NCBI GenBank assembly: GCA_016795425.1
Contig: JAEUHG010000174.1
Location: 68,131-132,130, forward strand
Direction: 5' to 3'
Length of the DNA stretch: 64,000 nt
Source of the DNA: Verrucomicrobiales bacterium
Lineage (GTDB): Bacteria > Verrucomicrobiota > Verrucomicrobiia > Limisphaerales > CAIMTB01
The notes under the pieces are model-generated. The model was not told the DNA's origin. It did no database searches and worked only from the letters and a program-made list of their open reading frames with translations. Below, in pieces: positions 54,619-64,000 of the stretch; position 1 is the stretch's first letter; every line of letters begins with the position of its first letter. The position numbers and the translations under genes are program-made.

Positions 54619-55899
54619 TCACCGTCTTTGACTCCATTCGTTGAGCTCGCGTTCGGAAGTTATTTCGCCACGCAGCCAGCTCAGGCATTCGCCCACCAGG
54701 TAAAGGGAGCCGGCGACCAGCACCACCGGCTCGGCTTTCAGCCGTGCGAGCGCGTCCTCCAAACCACTCGCGACTTCCACGCCCACCGACGGCGCCTTGA
54801 CCGTCCAACGCCCCGCCACCTCCGCTGGATCACTGCCGCGAACCGATTGCACGGGGACCACCACCACGCGCCGAACCACCGTCGCCAGGATCTCCGCCGC
54901 GCTATCCAAGTCCTTGTCGGCCAGCATCCCGAGAATCATCGCCGGCTTCTTGCCTCCCCGCCACGTTCGCACCGTGGCGGCCAGCGTTTCGAAGGCCGGT
55001 CGGTTATGGGCCCCATCCAGCACCACCACCTGATCCCCGCGTTCCACGATCTGAAACCGCCCCTCCCACGTGGCCGCTTCAAGTCCGCGCTGGATGCCCT
55101 CCGGCCATTTCACCCCCAACCAGTCCTTTGCCGCCAACGTCCGCGCCGTGGCGGCCGCCAATGCGGCATTTCGACGTTGATGCTGCCCCTCCAATGGAAG
55201 CGCGCAACGATGGATGCCCAGCTCGGCTACCGCCGTTTCCGTCACCACCTGCATCGGGGCCCCGGCTTCCCGCGCGGTTTCGACCAGAACCTCAAGGGCT
55301 TCCGGCTCGTCGGTCGAGGTGAGCACTGGAATCCCAGGTTTGATGATGCCGGCCTTTTCTTTGGCAATGTGCCGCAGTGTCGGGCCGAGCCATTGCATGT
55401 GGTCCCATCCGATGTTGGTGATGACCGAGGCCTCGGGCTGCACGATGTTGGTGGCGTCGAGGCGCCCTCCCAGTCCGGTTTCCCAAACCACCAGATCGCA
55501 CGCCTGCTCCTGGAACCACCGCAGAGCCAGAACGGTGACGAATTCAAAGAAAGTAGGATGTGATTCCGACGCGGCATTCGGGAGACCCCTTCGCATCTCC
55601 TGCACCAACCGCGCCACGTCGGACTCCGGGATCGGCACCCGCTGAACCTGGATGCGCTCACGGAAACTCACCAGGTGCGGCGAGGTATACAGTCCGACAC
55701 GATAGCCGGCCCGCCGGAAAATGCTCTCGAGAAACGCGCAGGTTGATCCCTTGCCGTTGGTGCCGGCGACGTGAATGAAGCGAAGGGCTCGGTGGGGATC
55801 TCCGGCGGCCGCGGCCAACCGGAGAGTGGTTTCCAGGCCCGGCCTCAAGCCGAATCGTCGCATTCCCAGGAGGAATGCGAGCGCATCTTGATACGGCAT
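54619..55899 (-). CDS. folC: Bifunctional folylpolyglutamate synthase / dihydrofolate synthase
   Basis: MPYQDALAFLLG..FIHVAGTNGKGSTCAFLESI..YTSPHLVSFRERI, with Mur-ligase domains. The ATG at 55897-55899 is 19 nt after the pyrG stop. The track start at 56175 overlaps pyrG. Confidence 0.9.
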   Translation of the reverse strand: MPYQDALAFLLGMRRFGLRPGLETTLRLAAAAGDPHRALRFIHVAGTNGKGSTCAFLESIFRRAGYRVGLYTSPHLVSFRERIQVQRVPIPESDVARLVQEMRRGLPNAASESHPTFFEFVTVLALRWFQEQACDLVVWETGLGGRLDATNIVQPEASVITNIGWDHMQWLGPTLRHIAKEKAGIIKPGIPVLTSTDEPEALEVLVETAREAGAPMQVVTETAVAELGIHRCALPLEGQHQRRNAALAAATARTLAAKDWLGVKWPEGIQRGLEAATWEGRFQIVERGDQVVVLDGAHNRPAFETLAATVRTWRGGKKPAMILGMLADKDLDSAAEILATVVRRVVVVPVQSVRGSDPAEVAGRWTVKAPSVGVEVASGLEDALARLKAEPVVLVAGSLYLVGECLSWLRGEITSERELNEWSQRR

Positions 55900-55918
55900 C
55901 GCGGGAAGGAGCCGAAGC

Positions 55919-57532
55919 TCACAACGGTTTGCGGTGCAGATACTCGTGAACGGCGGCGATGAACCCGCGGAACAGCGGATGCGGCGCGTTGGGTTTGCTC
56001 TGGAACTCGGGATGAAACTGCACGGCGCAGAAGAACGGATGCTCCTTGAGTTCGATGCATTCCACCAACCGACCGTCCGGAGTCGTGCCGGCAAACACAA
56101 AGCCCGCTGCCTCGAACTGGGTCCGGTAGCTGTTGTTGAACTCGTACCGATGCCGGTGCCGCTCGCTGACAACAAAGGCGTTGTAGAGCCGCTGCGTCTT
56201 GGTCCCCATCACCAACTGGCACGGCTGCGCTCCCAGACGCATGGTGCCCCCCATCATGCGCACCGACCGCTGATCGTCCTGGAGATCAATCACCGGGTGC
56301 GGCGTGTTGGTCTGGAACTCCGTCGAATGTGCGCCGTTCAGTCCGAGCACATGGCGCCCGAACTCGATCGTGGCGATTTGCATGCCCAGGCATAACCCGA
56401 GGTAGGGAACCTTGTTCTCCCGCGCATACCGGGCCGCCGCGATTTTCCCTTCGATGCCGCGTTCGCCAAAGCCGCCTGGAACCAGAATACCCCCCACCCC
56501 TTTGAGCACGCGTTCCGCTCCGTCGCGCTCGATCTGCTCGGCATCCACCTTTTCGATCTGAATGCCGCAATCGTTGGCGATCCCGCCGTGAATGATCGCC
56601 TCGTAAACCGACTTGTAGGCGTCCTGCAGTTCGATGTACTTGCCGACCACGGCAATCCGCACCCGGTGCGCCGGCGCGATCAACTTGCGGATGATCTCCT
56701 GCCAGTTTCGCATGTCGGCCTGCGGAACATCGAGGTGCAACTGGCGGCAGACCAACTCGTCGAGGCGCTCGCGCTGCAGCATGAGCGGCATCTCATAGAT
56801 CGAGTGGTCCACGTCCTTTGCCTCGATGACCGCCTCATAGGGAACGTTGCAGAACAGAGCGATCTTCTGCCGCACCTCCCGCTCGAGAGGATACTCGCAG
56901 CGGCAGGCGATAATGTGCGGGGCAATGCCGATTTCCCGCAGCTTGGCCACCGACTGCTGGGTCGGCTTGGTCTTCAGTTCCCCGGCGGCCTTGATGAACG
57001 GCACGTAAGTGACGTGGACGAAGATGGCGTTATGGGGCCCGACATCCTGGGCGAACTCGCGGATTGCCTCCAGGAACGGCAGGCCCTCGATATCGCCGGT
57101 CGTCCCCCCAATCTCGGTAATCAACACATCGGCCTTGGTGATGTCGCCAACGAGATAGATCCGGTTCTGGATCTCGTCCGTGACATGGGGGATGACCTGC
57201 ACCGTCTTGCCCAGGTACTTCCCTTCGCGCTCATTGTTGAGCACGGTCTGGTAAACCTGCCCGCTGGTGAGATTGTTCAGCCGGGTCAGCTTGGTGTGGG
57301 TAAACCGTTCGTAATGACCAAGATCGAGGTCGGTTTCCGCGCCGTCATCCAGCACATAGACCTCCCCATGCTGGTAGGGACTCATCGTTCCCGGATCCAC
57401 ATTGAGATACGGGTCAAACTTCTGCAGCGCGACTTTGAGGCCGCGATGTTCCAATAGCGTGCCGAGGGCGGCGGCGGTCAATCCCTTGCCGAGGGAACTG
57501 ACAACGCCGCCCGTCACGAAGATGTACTTCAT
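55919..57532 (-). CDS. pyrG: CTP synthase
   Basis: [36 protein letters not shown], and the GATase motifs [20 protein letters not shown] and QFHPEF. Confidence 0.97.
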   Translation of the reverse strand: MKYIFVTGGVVSSLGKGLTAAALGTLLEHRGLKVALQKFDPYLNVDPGTMSPYQHGEVYVLDDGAETDLDLGHYERFTHTKLTRLNNLTSGQVYQTVLNNEREGKYLGKTVQVIPHVTDEIQNRIYLVGDITKADVLITEIGGTTGDIEGLPFLEAIREFAQDVGPHNAIFVHVTYVPFIKAAGELKTKPTQQSVAKLREIGIAPHIIACRCEYPLEREVRQKIALFCNVPYEAVIEAKDVDHSIYEMPLMLQRERLDELVCRQLHLDVPQADMRNWQEIIRKLIAPAHRVRIAVVGKYIELQDAYKSVYEAIIHGGIANDCGIQIEKVDAEQIERDGAERVLKGVGGILVPGGFGERGIEGKIAAARYARENKVPYLGLCLGMQIATIEFGRHVLGLNGAHSTEFQTNTPHPVIDLQDDQRSVRMMGGTMRLGAQPCQLVMGTKTQRLYNAFVVSERHRHRYEFNNSYRTQFEAAGFVFAGTTPDGRLVECIELKEHPFFCAVQFHPEFQSKPNAPHPLFRGFIAAVHEYLHRKPL

Positions 57533-57654
57533 GGGCTCTCAGGTTCCCAAGGCGCCACGAGCATCGCCAGTGCAAAGTGGCACATCGGGAAAACCCAACG
57601 CCCGCCGCCCCCATGGCCGGAAATCAGCGGGCCACCAGTGCCCGGGCGCCGCGG

Positions 57655-59484
57655 TCAACCCCGGAAGTACAGATACGCGATCACGATCAACACCATGACG
57701 ACGGCGGACGCAATCACATCCGGCGCTCCCCAGCTGGCGCGGGTTTCAGCCCGTTGTTCGTCGGTGACGGTCGCAAACGTCAGGCCGGAGATCTTCCGGT
57801 AATCCGGCGCTTCGGTGAGATAACTGACCCCGATCATCACCGCCATGCAGACGATGATGATGAGGATGCTGAAGTACTGGAAATAGATGTTGTTGATGAT
57901 CCACAGGAACGAGCCTTGTGGATACCCGCCTTCAAACCCCTCCATGTGCAGCGCGATGGGAGTGTCCACGGCGAGCCGGAAAACCCCGAGGAGAAAGCCG
58001 ACGATCAACGCCGCCAGACAGCCCTTGCCATTGAGGCGCTTCATGAAGACACCCAGGAAAAACACGGTGAAGATCGGGGGTGCCAGGTAGGACTGCATGG
58101 CCTGCAGGTAGAAATACAGACCCTTGGATCCCTTGATCACGGGAATCCACATCAACCCGATCAGCACCATCGCCGATGCCGCCATGCGGCCCATGCGCAC
58201 CAACTCCGACTGCGAGGCCGCGGGTTTGAACTTCTGGTAAAGATCGACGGTAAACAGCGTGGAACTGGCGTTGAAGACACCCGCCAGCGAACTCATCAGG
58301 GCGGCCAAGAGGCCGGCCACCACAATGCCGCGAATTCCCGGGGGAAGGATGTGCGCCACGAGGAGCGGAAAGGCCCCCTGCGCGGCATCCCGTTCCGCCA
58401 CCATCTTGCCGCCTTGTTCGACCAGAATGGTCTGCAGCGCCGGCACCTTTCCGGTGATGGCCAACGCGTAGCAGATCATGCCGGGAACGATGAAGATGAA
58501 CACCGGCAGGAGCTTCAGGTAGGAGGCAAAAATGCAACCCCGGCGGGCTTCGGTCTCGTTGTGCGCGCCCAAGGCACGCTGCACGATGTATTGGTCGGTG
58601 CACCAGTACCAGAGACCGATCACGGGAGCGCAAATCAGCATGCCCACCCAGGGGAAATTGCCGTTGAAATACCAGGCCTGCCGCACCACGGCTCCGGCCG
58701 CATCGCGTTCGAGAACCGGGGCCCAGGTTCCTTCCACCCCCGGAGGCACCAGCGGCTTCCAGAGATTGAACATCTCGGATGGCAGCGCCGCGCGCAATTC
58801 ATCCCAGCCTCCCAGCTTCATCAAACCAAACACCGTCACCAAGACCGAGCCGAGAACCAGGACCGCCGTCTGAATCGCCTCGGTGTAGGCCACCGCGCGC
58901 ATGCCGCCCAAGACCGTGTACAACCCCGTCGCCGCCAGCACCAGCAACGATCCCACCCAGAAACTGTCGAGCTTCACGAAACCAAGATCCAGGTTCAGTT
59001 CCGGCAGCAAGCCGGCAAAGACAACGCCACCGGCGTAGATTCCCACCGCCACCTTGGTCAGCACGTACGCCACCAGCGAAATGATCGACAACACCCAGCG
59101 TGATGCCGGCGAAAACCGTCGCTCCAGGAACTCCGGCATCGTGTAGACCCTCGACCGCATGTAAAACGGCACCAGCATCCAGGCCAGCACCAGCAGACAC
59201 CAGGCATGCAGTTCGAAATGCGCCATCGCCACGCCGTCCGTCGCGCCTGAACCTGCCAAACCCACCAGGTGCTCGGAACCGATGTTCGACGCGAAGATTG
59301 AGGCGCCGACGATCCACCAGCCGAGGTGGCGTCCGGCCAGGAAGTAGTCCTCAGCCGTGTCCTTCTTCTTCGAGATAGCCCACCAGGTGATCACCAGGAG
59401 GACTCCGAAATAGAGAAGGATCATCAGCCAATCGATGGCCGTGAAGGTGGCCGTCACGGACTGGGCGAAGAAAGGAGTCAGCAT
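57655..59484 (-). CDS. Sodium:solute symporter family (SGLT-like) sugar transporter
   Basis: About 14 predicted TMs. SSF signatures (DYFLAGRHLGWWIVGASIFASNIGSEHLVGLAG; GGMRAVAYTEAIQ). Adjacent to the sugar catabolism genes. Confidence 0.92.
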   Translation of the reverse strand: MLTPFFAQSVTATFTAIDWLMILLYFGVLLVITWWAISKKKDTAEDYFLAGRHLGWWIVGASIFASNIGSEHLVGLAGSGATDGVAMAHFELHAWCLLVLAWMLVPFYMRSRVYTMPEFLERRFSPASRWVLSIISLVAYVLTKVAVGIYAGGVVFAGLLPELNLDLGFVKLDSFWVGSLLVLAATGLYTVLGGMRAVAYTEAIQTAVLVLGSVLVTVFGLMKLGGWDELRAALPSEMFNLWKPLVPPGVEGTWAPVLERDAAGAVVRQAWYFNGNFPWVGMLICAPVIGLWYWCTDQYIVQRALGAHNETEARRGCIFASYLKLLPVFIFIVPGMICYALAITGKVPALQTILVEQGGKMVAERDAAQGAFPLLVAHILPPGIRGIVVAGLLAALMSSLAGVFNASSTLFTVDLYQKFKPAASQSELVRMGRMAASAMVLIGLMWIPVIKGSKGLYFYLQAMQSYLAPPIFTVFFLGVFMKRLNGKGCLAALIVGFLLGVFRLAVDTPIALHMEGFEGGYPQGSFLWIINNIYFQYFSILIIIVCMAVMIGVSYLTEAPDYRKISGLTFATVTDEQRAETRASWGAPDVIASAVVMVLIVIAYLYFRG

Positions 59485-59543
59485 GGATTCGAGGAATCAG
59501 GGTTGGGGTTGCATGCGCCAGGTTCCACCGACACCCGTGTCGT

Positions 59544-60686
59544 CTAGCGGGTCGAAAGCCGGTAGATGATGGTGTTGCGATACGTCTGTCCGGGTCTCAA
59601 GACCACCGACGGAAAGTTCGGTTGATTAGGCGAATCCGGGAAATGCTGCGGCTCCATGCAGAACCCATTCCGATGCTGGTACACCCAGCCGCCCTTCCCC
59701 GTGATCTTTCCATCGAGGAAATTGCCGCAATAAAACTGCAAACCCGGCTGGTCGGACATCACCTCGAGCACTCGACCCGTCGTCGGCTCATAGACCCGCG
59801 CCTGCAACGCCACCTGGCCGGGCGCCTTGTTGATCACCCAGTTGTGGTCGTAGCCACCGCCGAACTTCAATTGTTCGTCGGCCTGATTCACGCGCGCCCC
59901 GATCGTGGTCGGTTTGCGGAAATCAAAGGGCGTCCCGTCCACCGGCCGCAGTTCACCCGTGGGAATGAGAGTGCTGTCGACCGGTGTGAATTTGTCGGCA
60001 TTGAGATAGACCTCGTGGCCCAGGATGTCGCCCTGGCCTGCCAGGTTGAAATAAGAATGCTGGGTCAGGTTGACCACCGTCGCTTTGTCGGTCGTTGCCG
60101 TGTACTCCAGGCGCAACGCGTTGTCGGCGCCCAGGCTGTACACCGCCTTGACCGTCAGATTCCCGGGATAGCCCTCCTCCATGTCGCGGCTGGTATAGGT
60201 CAATTCCAGGTAGGGCCCATCCGCGCGGGTAAAGGCGTTGGCCTTCCACAGCACCTTGTCGAATCCCTTGGTGCCGCCATGGAGATGGTTCGGATAGTTG
60301 TTGGTCACCAGCGAGTAGGTGGCGCCATCCAGCGTGAAGCGGCCCTTGGCGATGCGATTCCCATAGCGACCCACGAGGCATCCGAAATAGGGAGTCTCCT
60401 TCAGGTAGCCGGCCAGGTCGTCATAGCCGAGCACGACATCCCCCATCTTCCCCTGGCGATCGCGCGCACGCCAGGCGGTGACGATACCGCCATAATTGCT
60501 GATCTTCACCTCCGCACCCTTCCCGTTGCGGAGGGTGTAAAGCCGCACCGGCGAACCGTCCGGCAGTGTACCCCACGGTTTGGATTCGACGCTGGAGGTT
60601 GGGGTGGTGGTGGAACAACCGGACGCTCCGGCGAGCACGGCAACGAGGCCGGCCGAGCAGAGGACGCGTGTCAGGGAGGCATTCAT
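59544..60686 (-). CDS. galM: Aldose 1-epimerase (galactose mutarotase), lipoprotein signal
   Basis: MNASLTRVLCSAGLVAVLAGASGCS, then mutarotase motifs (GRYGNRIAKGRFTLDG..Y.L..NN..N.LHGG..GFDK.LW; TQHSYFNL; GFCMEPQHFPDSPN). ATG at 60684-60686. Confidence 0.9.
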   Translation of the reverse strand: MNASLTRVLCSAGLVAVLAGASGCSTTTPTSSVESKPWGTLPDGSPVRLYTLRNGKGAEVKISNYGGIVTAWRARDRQGKMGDVVLGYDDLAGYLKETPYFGCLVGRYGNRIAKGRFTLDGATYSLVTNNYPNHLHGGTKGFDKVLWKANAFTRADGPYLELTYTSRDMEEGYPGNLTVKAVYSLGADNALRLEYTATTDKATVVNLTQHSYFNLAGQGDILGHEVYLNADKFTPVDSTLIPTGELRPVDGTPFDFRKPTTIGARVNQADEQLKFGGGYDHNWVINKAPGQVALQARVYEPTTGRVLEVMSDQPGLQFYCGNFLDGKITGKGGWVYQHRNGFCMEPQHFPDSPNQPNFPSVVLRPGQTYRNTIIYRLSTR

Positions 60687-60703
60687 GATTTTTGGAAATG
60701 GAC

Positions 60704-61519
60704 TCAGAGGTTTGCCGAGGAGGGATGTCGCTGTCCGTAATAGGCCGCGGCTCCGTGCTTTCGATTGAAGTGCTTTTTCAGCAGCGGCTTCGGCATCTCC
60801 GGAAGCTTGGACTGCAGGCGCAGGCTCTCCTCCGCGAGACGGGCCACAAACTCCAGCACCGCTGCGTTCTCCACCGCTTTCTCCACCGTCGGGCCCCAAC
60901 AGAATGGGCCGTGACTGGCCACCAGAACCGACGGCACTTCCAGCGGACGGCGTCCCTGAAAGGCCTCGGCGATGACCCGGCCCGTGTTGGCTTCGTAGTT
61001 GTCGCGGATCTCCGAAGGGCGCAAAGGGCGCGTGCAGGGAATGGACCCGTTCCAGTAATCGGCGTGGGTGGTTCCCAAGGCGGGGATGGGACGACAGGCC
61101 TGCGCCCAGGCGGTCGCGTGAAGGCTATGGGTGTGAACGATCCCTCCCACCCCGGGAAAGGCGCGGTACAACACCAGATGAGTCGCGGTATCCGAACTCG
61201 GTCGCAACGAACCTTCCACCACCACGCCCGATCCCAGGTCCACCACCACCATGTCCTCCGGTCGCATCTGAGCGTAATCCACCCCTGATGGTTTGATCAC
61301 CACCCATCCGGTGTCGGCATCGAGAGCACTCGCATTGCCCCAGGTTTCGATCACCAACCCGCGTCGAACGAGGTCGAGGTTCGCGACACAAACCCGCTGC
61401 TTGAGTTCGGCCAGGCGTTGCGCCGTCGTCCCGCCCGATTTGGCAGAGCGGCCTGCCGACTGGTTCTTTCGGCCGGACCGAGATTTCGGAGCGCCGTTTT
61501 TGCCGGAGCGCGATTTCAT
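60704..61519 (-). CDS. araD: L-ribulose-5-phosphate 4-epimerase (class II aldolase fold) with a basic N-terminal extension
   Basis: LKQRVCVANLDLVRRGLVIETWGNASALD..VIKPSGVDY..GGIVHTHSLHATAWAQ matches AraD. The only in-frame ATG/GTG/TTG start upstream of the conserved core is at 61519. Confidence 0.88.
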   Translation of the reverse strand: MKSRSGKNGAPKSRSGRKNQSAGRSAKSGGTTAQRLAELKQRVCVANLDLVRRGLVIETWGNASALDADTGWVVIKPSGVDYAQMRPEDMVVVDLGSGVVVEGSLRPSSDTATHLVLYRAFPGVGGIVHTHSLHATAWAQACRPIPALGTTHADYWNGSIPCTRPLRPSEIRDNYEANTGRVIAEAFQGRRPLEVPSVLVASHGPFCWGPTVEKAVENAAVLEFVARLAEESLRLQSKLPEMPKPLLKKHFNRKHGAAAYYGQRHPSSANL

Positions 61520-61556
61520 GGGTTTTCCGCGAACGGTTCGACCATTGGCGTCGGGC

Positions 61557-63233
61557 TCATTTCCGCACCTTGTCCCTGAGGGTGATCAACTGCTTCATCA
61601 CCGGGTGCAGATTGCCGTGCCAGTCGGAGGTGCCGAACGCGTCATGCAACGTGCGATAGACGGCGTAGAGCTCGCGATACACCCCATGCGCCGCGGCCTT
61701 GGGAGCGTAAACCTTCGGCTTGAGTCCGGTCATGGCCTTCTGGGCCGCTGGGAGGTTGGGATGCAGTCCGGACACCACCGCTCCGGCGATGGCGGCACCG
61801 AGAGCGCAGGTTTGAGGCGATCGGCTCACTTTCATGGGGCGCCCGGTCACATCGGCGTAGATCTGCATGACCAGGGGATTCTTCTCGGCGATCCCGCCAC
61901 AGTTGATCACCTGCTCGATCTTCACGCCGTACTCCTCGAAGCGGTTGATGATCGCCAGGGCTCCGAAAGCCGTGGCCTCGATCAGCGCGCGATAGATCTC
62001 GCCTGGCGTGGTGTAGAGCGTCTGCCCCAGAAGCAGGCCGGTGAGTCGTTGATCCACGAGGACCGTCCGGTTTCCGTTGTTCCAATCGAGGGCGAGCAAA
62101 CCCGATTCTCCCGGTTTCAACCGGGCCGCCGCCGCAGTGAGCGCCTCGTGCGATCCGGCTTTGGGGCCTCCGGGCTTCAGGTAATTCACGAACCAGTTGA
62201 AGATGTCACCCACCGCCGACTGGCCGGCTTCCAGCCCATACGCCCCGGGCAACACCGACCCCGGCACAATGCCGCACAGGCCCGGCACGTCGGCCAGTGG
62301 TTCCGACAGCGGCGACACGGTGATGTCGCAGGTGCTCGTGCCAATGATCTTGACCAACGCCCCCGGCGCGACGCCCGATCCGACGGCACCCAAATGGGCG
62401 TCGAAGGCACCGACCGCCACGGGAATGCCCGCGCGCAATCCAGTGCGGCGTGCCCAGTCGGCCGTCAACCCCCCGACAGCCCGATCAATGGTCGAAGCGG
62501 TCGGCCGCAATCGCTGCCGTAACGGGGCCAGCGCAGGATCCAGCGCGGACAGAAACTCGGCATCCGGATAGCCGCCCCACCCCTCGTGGAACATGGCCTT
62601 GTGCCCGGCGGCGCAAATGCCGACGGTGAGTCTCTCGGGCGCTTCCGTCCCGGTAAGCATCGCCGGGATCCAGTCGGCACATTCCACCCAGGAATAGGCG
62701 GCCTCGAAGACCTTCGGCGCCGACCGCCGGCAATGGAGGATCTTGCTCCAGAACCATTCGCTGGAATACGTGCCGCCGCACTTCGCCAGGTATTGCGGCC
62801 GCAATTCCTTCGCGCGCGCGGTGATCTCGGCCGCTTCCGCGACGCTGGTGTGATCCTTCCACAACCACGCCATCGCGGCAGGTTCCTTCTTGAACCGGGG
62901 ATGAAACGCCAGGGGCCGGCCCTCGGCGTCGACCGGCAAGGGCGTGCTTCCGGTGGTGTCCACGCCGAGCCCGGCAACTTGCGCCGGATCAAAGCCGCGC
63001 ACCTGCTTCCGCGCGTCGCGCAACGCCCCGGCAATCGCCTTCTCAGCGCCCTTGACGTATTCGCCCGGATGCTGACGGGCGAGGTTCGGATCACGGGCCA
63101 ACAGGACGCCGTGATCGCCTTGTTCATAGTTCCACACTGCGGTGCCCACTTCGCGCCCATTGCGAACATCGACAACCAGCGCGCGCACCGAGTTGGTGCC
63201 GTAGTCCAAGCCAAGGGTGTACCGGGAACTCAT
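61557..63233 (-). CDS. araB: Ribulokinase (FGGY family)
   Basis: YTLGLDYGTNSVRALVVD..GLGVDTTGSTPLPVD..WLWKDHTSVAEAAEIT..GGTYSSEWFWSKILHC closely parallels enterobacterial AraB. ATG at 63231-63233. Confidence 0.92.
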   Translation of the reverse strand: MSSRYTLGLDYGTNSVRALVVDVRNGREVGTAVWNYEQGDHGVLLARDPNLARQHPGEYVKGAEKAIAGALRDARKQVRGFDPAQVAGLGVDTTGSTPLPVDAEGRPLAFHPRFKKEPAAMAWLWKDHTSVAEAAEITARAKELRPQYLAKCGGTYSSEWFWSKILHCRRSAPKVFEAAYSWVECADWIPAMLTGTEAPERLTVGICAAGHKAMFHEGWGGYPDAEFLSALDPALAPLRQRLRPTASTIDRAVGGLTADWARRTGLRAGIPVAVGAFDAHLGAVGSGVAPGALVKIIGTSTCDITVSPLSEPLADVPGLCGIVPGSVLPGAYGLEAGQSAVGDIFNWFVNYLKPGGPKAGSHEALTAAAARLKPGESGLLALDWNNGNRTVLVDQRLTGLLLGQTLYTTPGEIYRALIEATAFGALAIINRFEEYGVKIEQVINCGGIAEKNPLVMQIYADVTGRPMKVSRSPQTCALGAAIAGAVVSGLHPNLPAAQKAMTGLKPKVYAPKAAAHGVYRELYAVYRTLHDAFGTSDWHGNLHPVMKQLITLRDKVRK

Positions 63234-63283
63234 TGGGGGCGGAGTTGAGGTAGGCGATTCTGGGGTTGGGGAAAAGCTCGAAA

Positions 63284-64000
63284 TCAGCGTTTTACCGGAA
63301 GTCGCAGCACCGTCATCGACCATTTGGGAAACTCCCGGATGAAAACCGGTCCGGTTGGGCGCCACGTCTCCGTCACCGGAGCGACCCGTTGGGGCTGCTC
63401 CAACGAGTTCTCCGCCCGAAGGTCGTCGGATCTCAGGATGATGGCTTTGCCGGCACGGCCGACCCGGCGAATGCCGGTCAGTGCGATTTCAGCTTTCACC
63501 GCGCCGGGGGCACTATTCACGACCTTGAGGATCAGTTCGCCAGCCGAGTCGTCCCTGGTCGCCGAGGCGTAGAGTCCGGGGGCAGCCGCTGTGGCAGGGA
63601 CCTGACCTTGAATCGCGACCGGCACCATGCGGTCCCCACGGTTTCGGCTGAACAACTGCTGCACGTAGTAATTTGGCGTCCCGTAGCTGCGCAGGTTATC
63701 GGCCCAGATCAGGTTGGGACGCCACTGCCAGCCCTCCTCGTGCCCGAACAACGGCGCATAGGACGACGTCACCACAACATCGGCATTGCGCTCCAGCCCA
63801 GTCATGAAGGCGGCTTCCGCCAGGGCGCACTCCCAATTGTTGCGGTTCAACACGCTCACCACCTTGTCGCTTTGGGCCGCATACTCGCCCATGAAGACCT
63901 TGGGTCCGGCGCGGTCATAGCCGTCGTAGCGGCTGGCGCTGTCGAAGAACCAGGCGGGCCGGTCGTAGCAGTGTTCATCGACGATGTCGGCCCGCAATTC
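63284..64000 (-). CDS. GH51 alpha-L-arabinofuranosidase, C-terminal part. The 5' end lies beyond the window.
   Basis: EHCYDRPAWFF..VFMGEYAA..AAFMTGLERNADVV..SYAPLF..WRPNLIWADNLRSYGTPNYYVQQLF is GH51-like. The first codon in the track is a TTG, and the frame stays open to base 64000. Confidence 0.8.
   Translation of the reverse strand, partial: ELRADIVDEHCYDRPAWFFDSASRYDGYDRAGPKVFMGEYAAQSDKVVSVLNRNNWECALAEAAFMTGLERNADVVVTSSYAPLFGHEEGWQWRPNLIWADNLRSYGTPNYYVQQLFSRNRGDRMVPVAIQGQVPATAAAPGLYASATRDDSAGELILKVVNSAPGAVKAEIALTGIRRVGRAGKAIILRSDDLRAENSLEQPQRVAPVTETWRPTGPVFIREFPKWSMTVLRLPVKR

Noticed and set aside
57577-59103. 508-aa plus-strand ORF
   Set aside because: It is antisense to the SSF symporter. 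It is rich in His/Arg/Gly/Asp and has no TM segments or motifs.

Overview
This is a GC-rich, gene-dense 64 kb window with about 41 protein-coding genes, most on the minus strand. I found no rRNA, tRNA, CRISPR array, transposase or integrase. The gene content suggests a PVC-superphylum genome, probably Verrucomicrobiota; this is inference only. The supporting content is Tat-signal Gfo/Idh/MocA and FAD oxidoreductases, BatA/VWA/DUF58 genes, giant CotH-lamin-tail and LamG secreted proteins, and a tricorn protease.

Gene order, left to right:
- A large fused 2-oxoacid dehydrogenase E1alpha-E1beta-lipoyl-FabH-like gene. It is absent from the supplied ORF track because it runs off the left edge.
- An aldo/keto reductase, a YceI-like protein and two Tat-exported oxidoreductases.
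- A tightly coupled cell-shape operon, mreB-mreC-mreD-mrdA-rodA-rng.
- An SGNH hydrolase.
- A ~1985-aa CotH/lamin-tail-domain protein.
- A blaI-blaR1-like pair with two palindromic operators, and a divergent flavodoxin gene.
- A 1492-aa lectin/LamG protein containing three near-identical ~741 bp tandem coding repeats.
- priA.
- A Bat-like aerotolerance locus (DUF58, two BatA/VWA proteins) interrupted by an ABC substrate-binding protein and an ABC-permease::NHL-propeller fusion.
- A cytidylate-kinase-like protein and a secreted beta-propeller.
- exbB-exbD-tricorn protease-M28 peptidase.
- GNAT, tonB-like, folC and pyrG.
- An L-arabinose/arabinan cluster: SSF symporter, galM, araD, araB and a partial GH51.

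The most unusual item is the in-frame E1alpha/E1beta/lipoyl/KAS III fusion. It has no E2 catalytic domain between the lipoyl carrier and the FabH-like domain.

Many long ORFs in the supplied track are antisense or alternate-frame artefacts of the high GC content, and I rejected them. Many track ORFs also carry N-terminal over-extensions because alternative start codons were allowed. I trimmed starts wherever a signal peptide, a conserved N-terminus or a stop/start overlap supports a specific codon.
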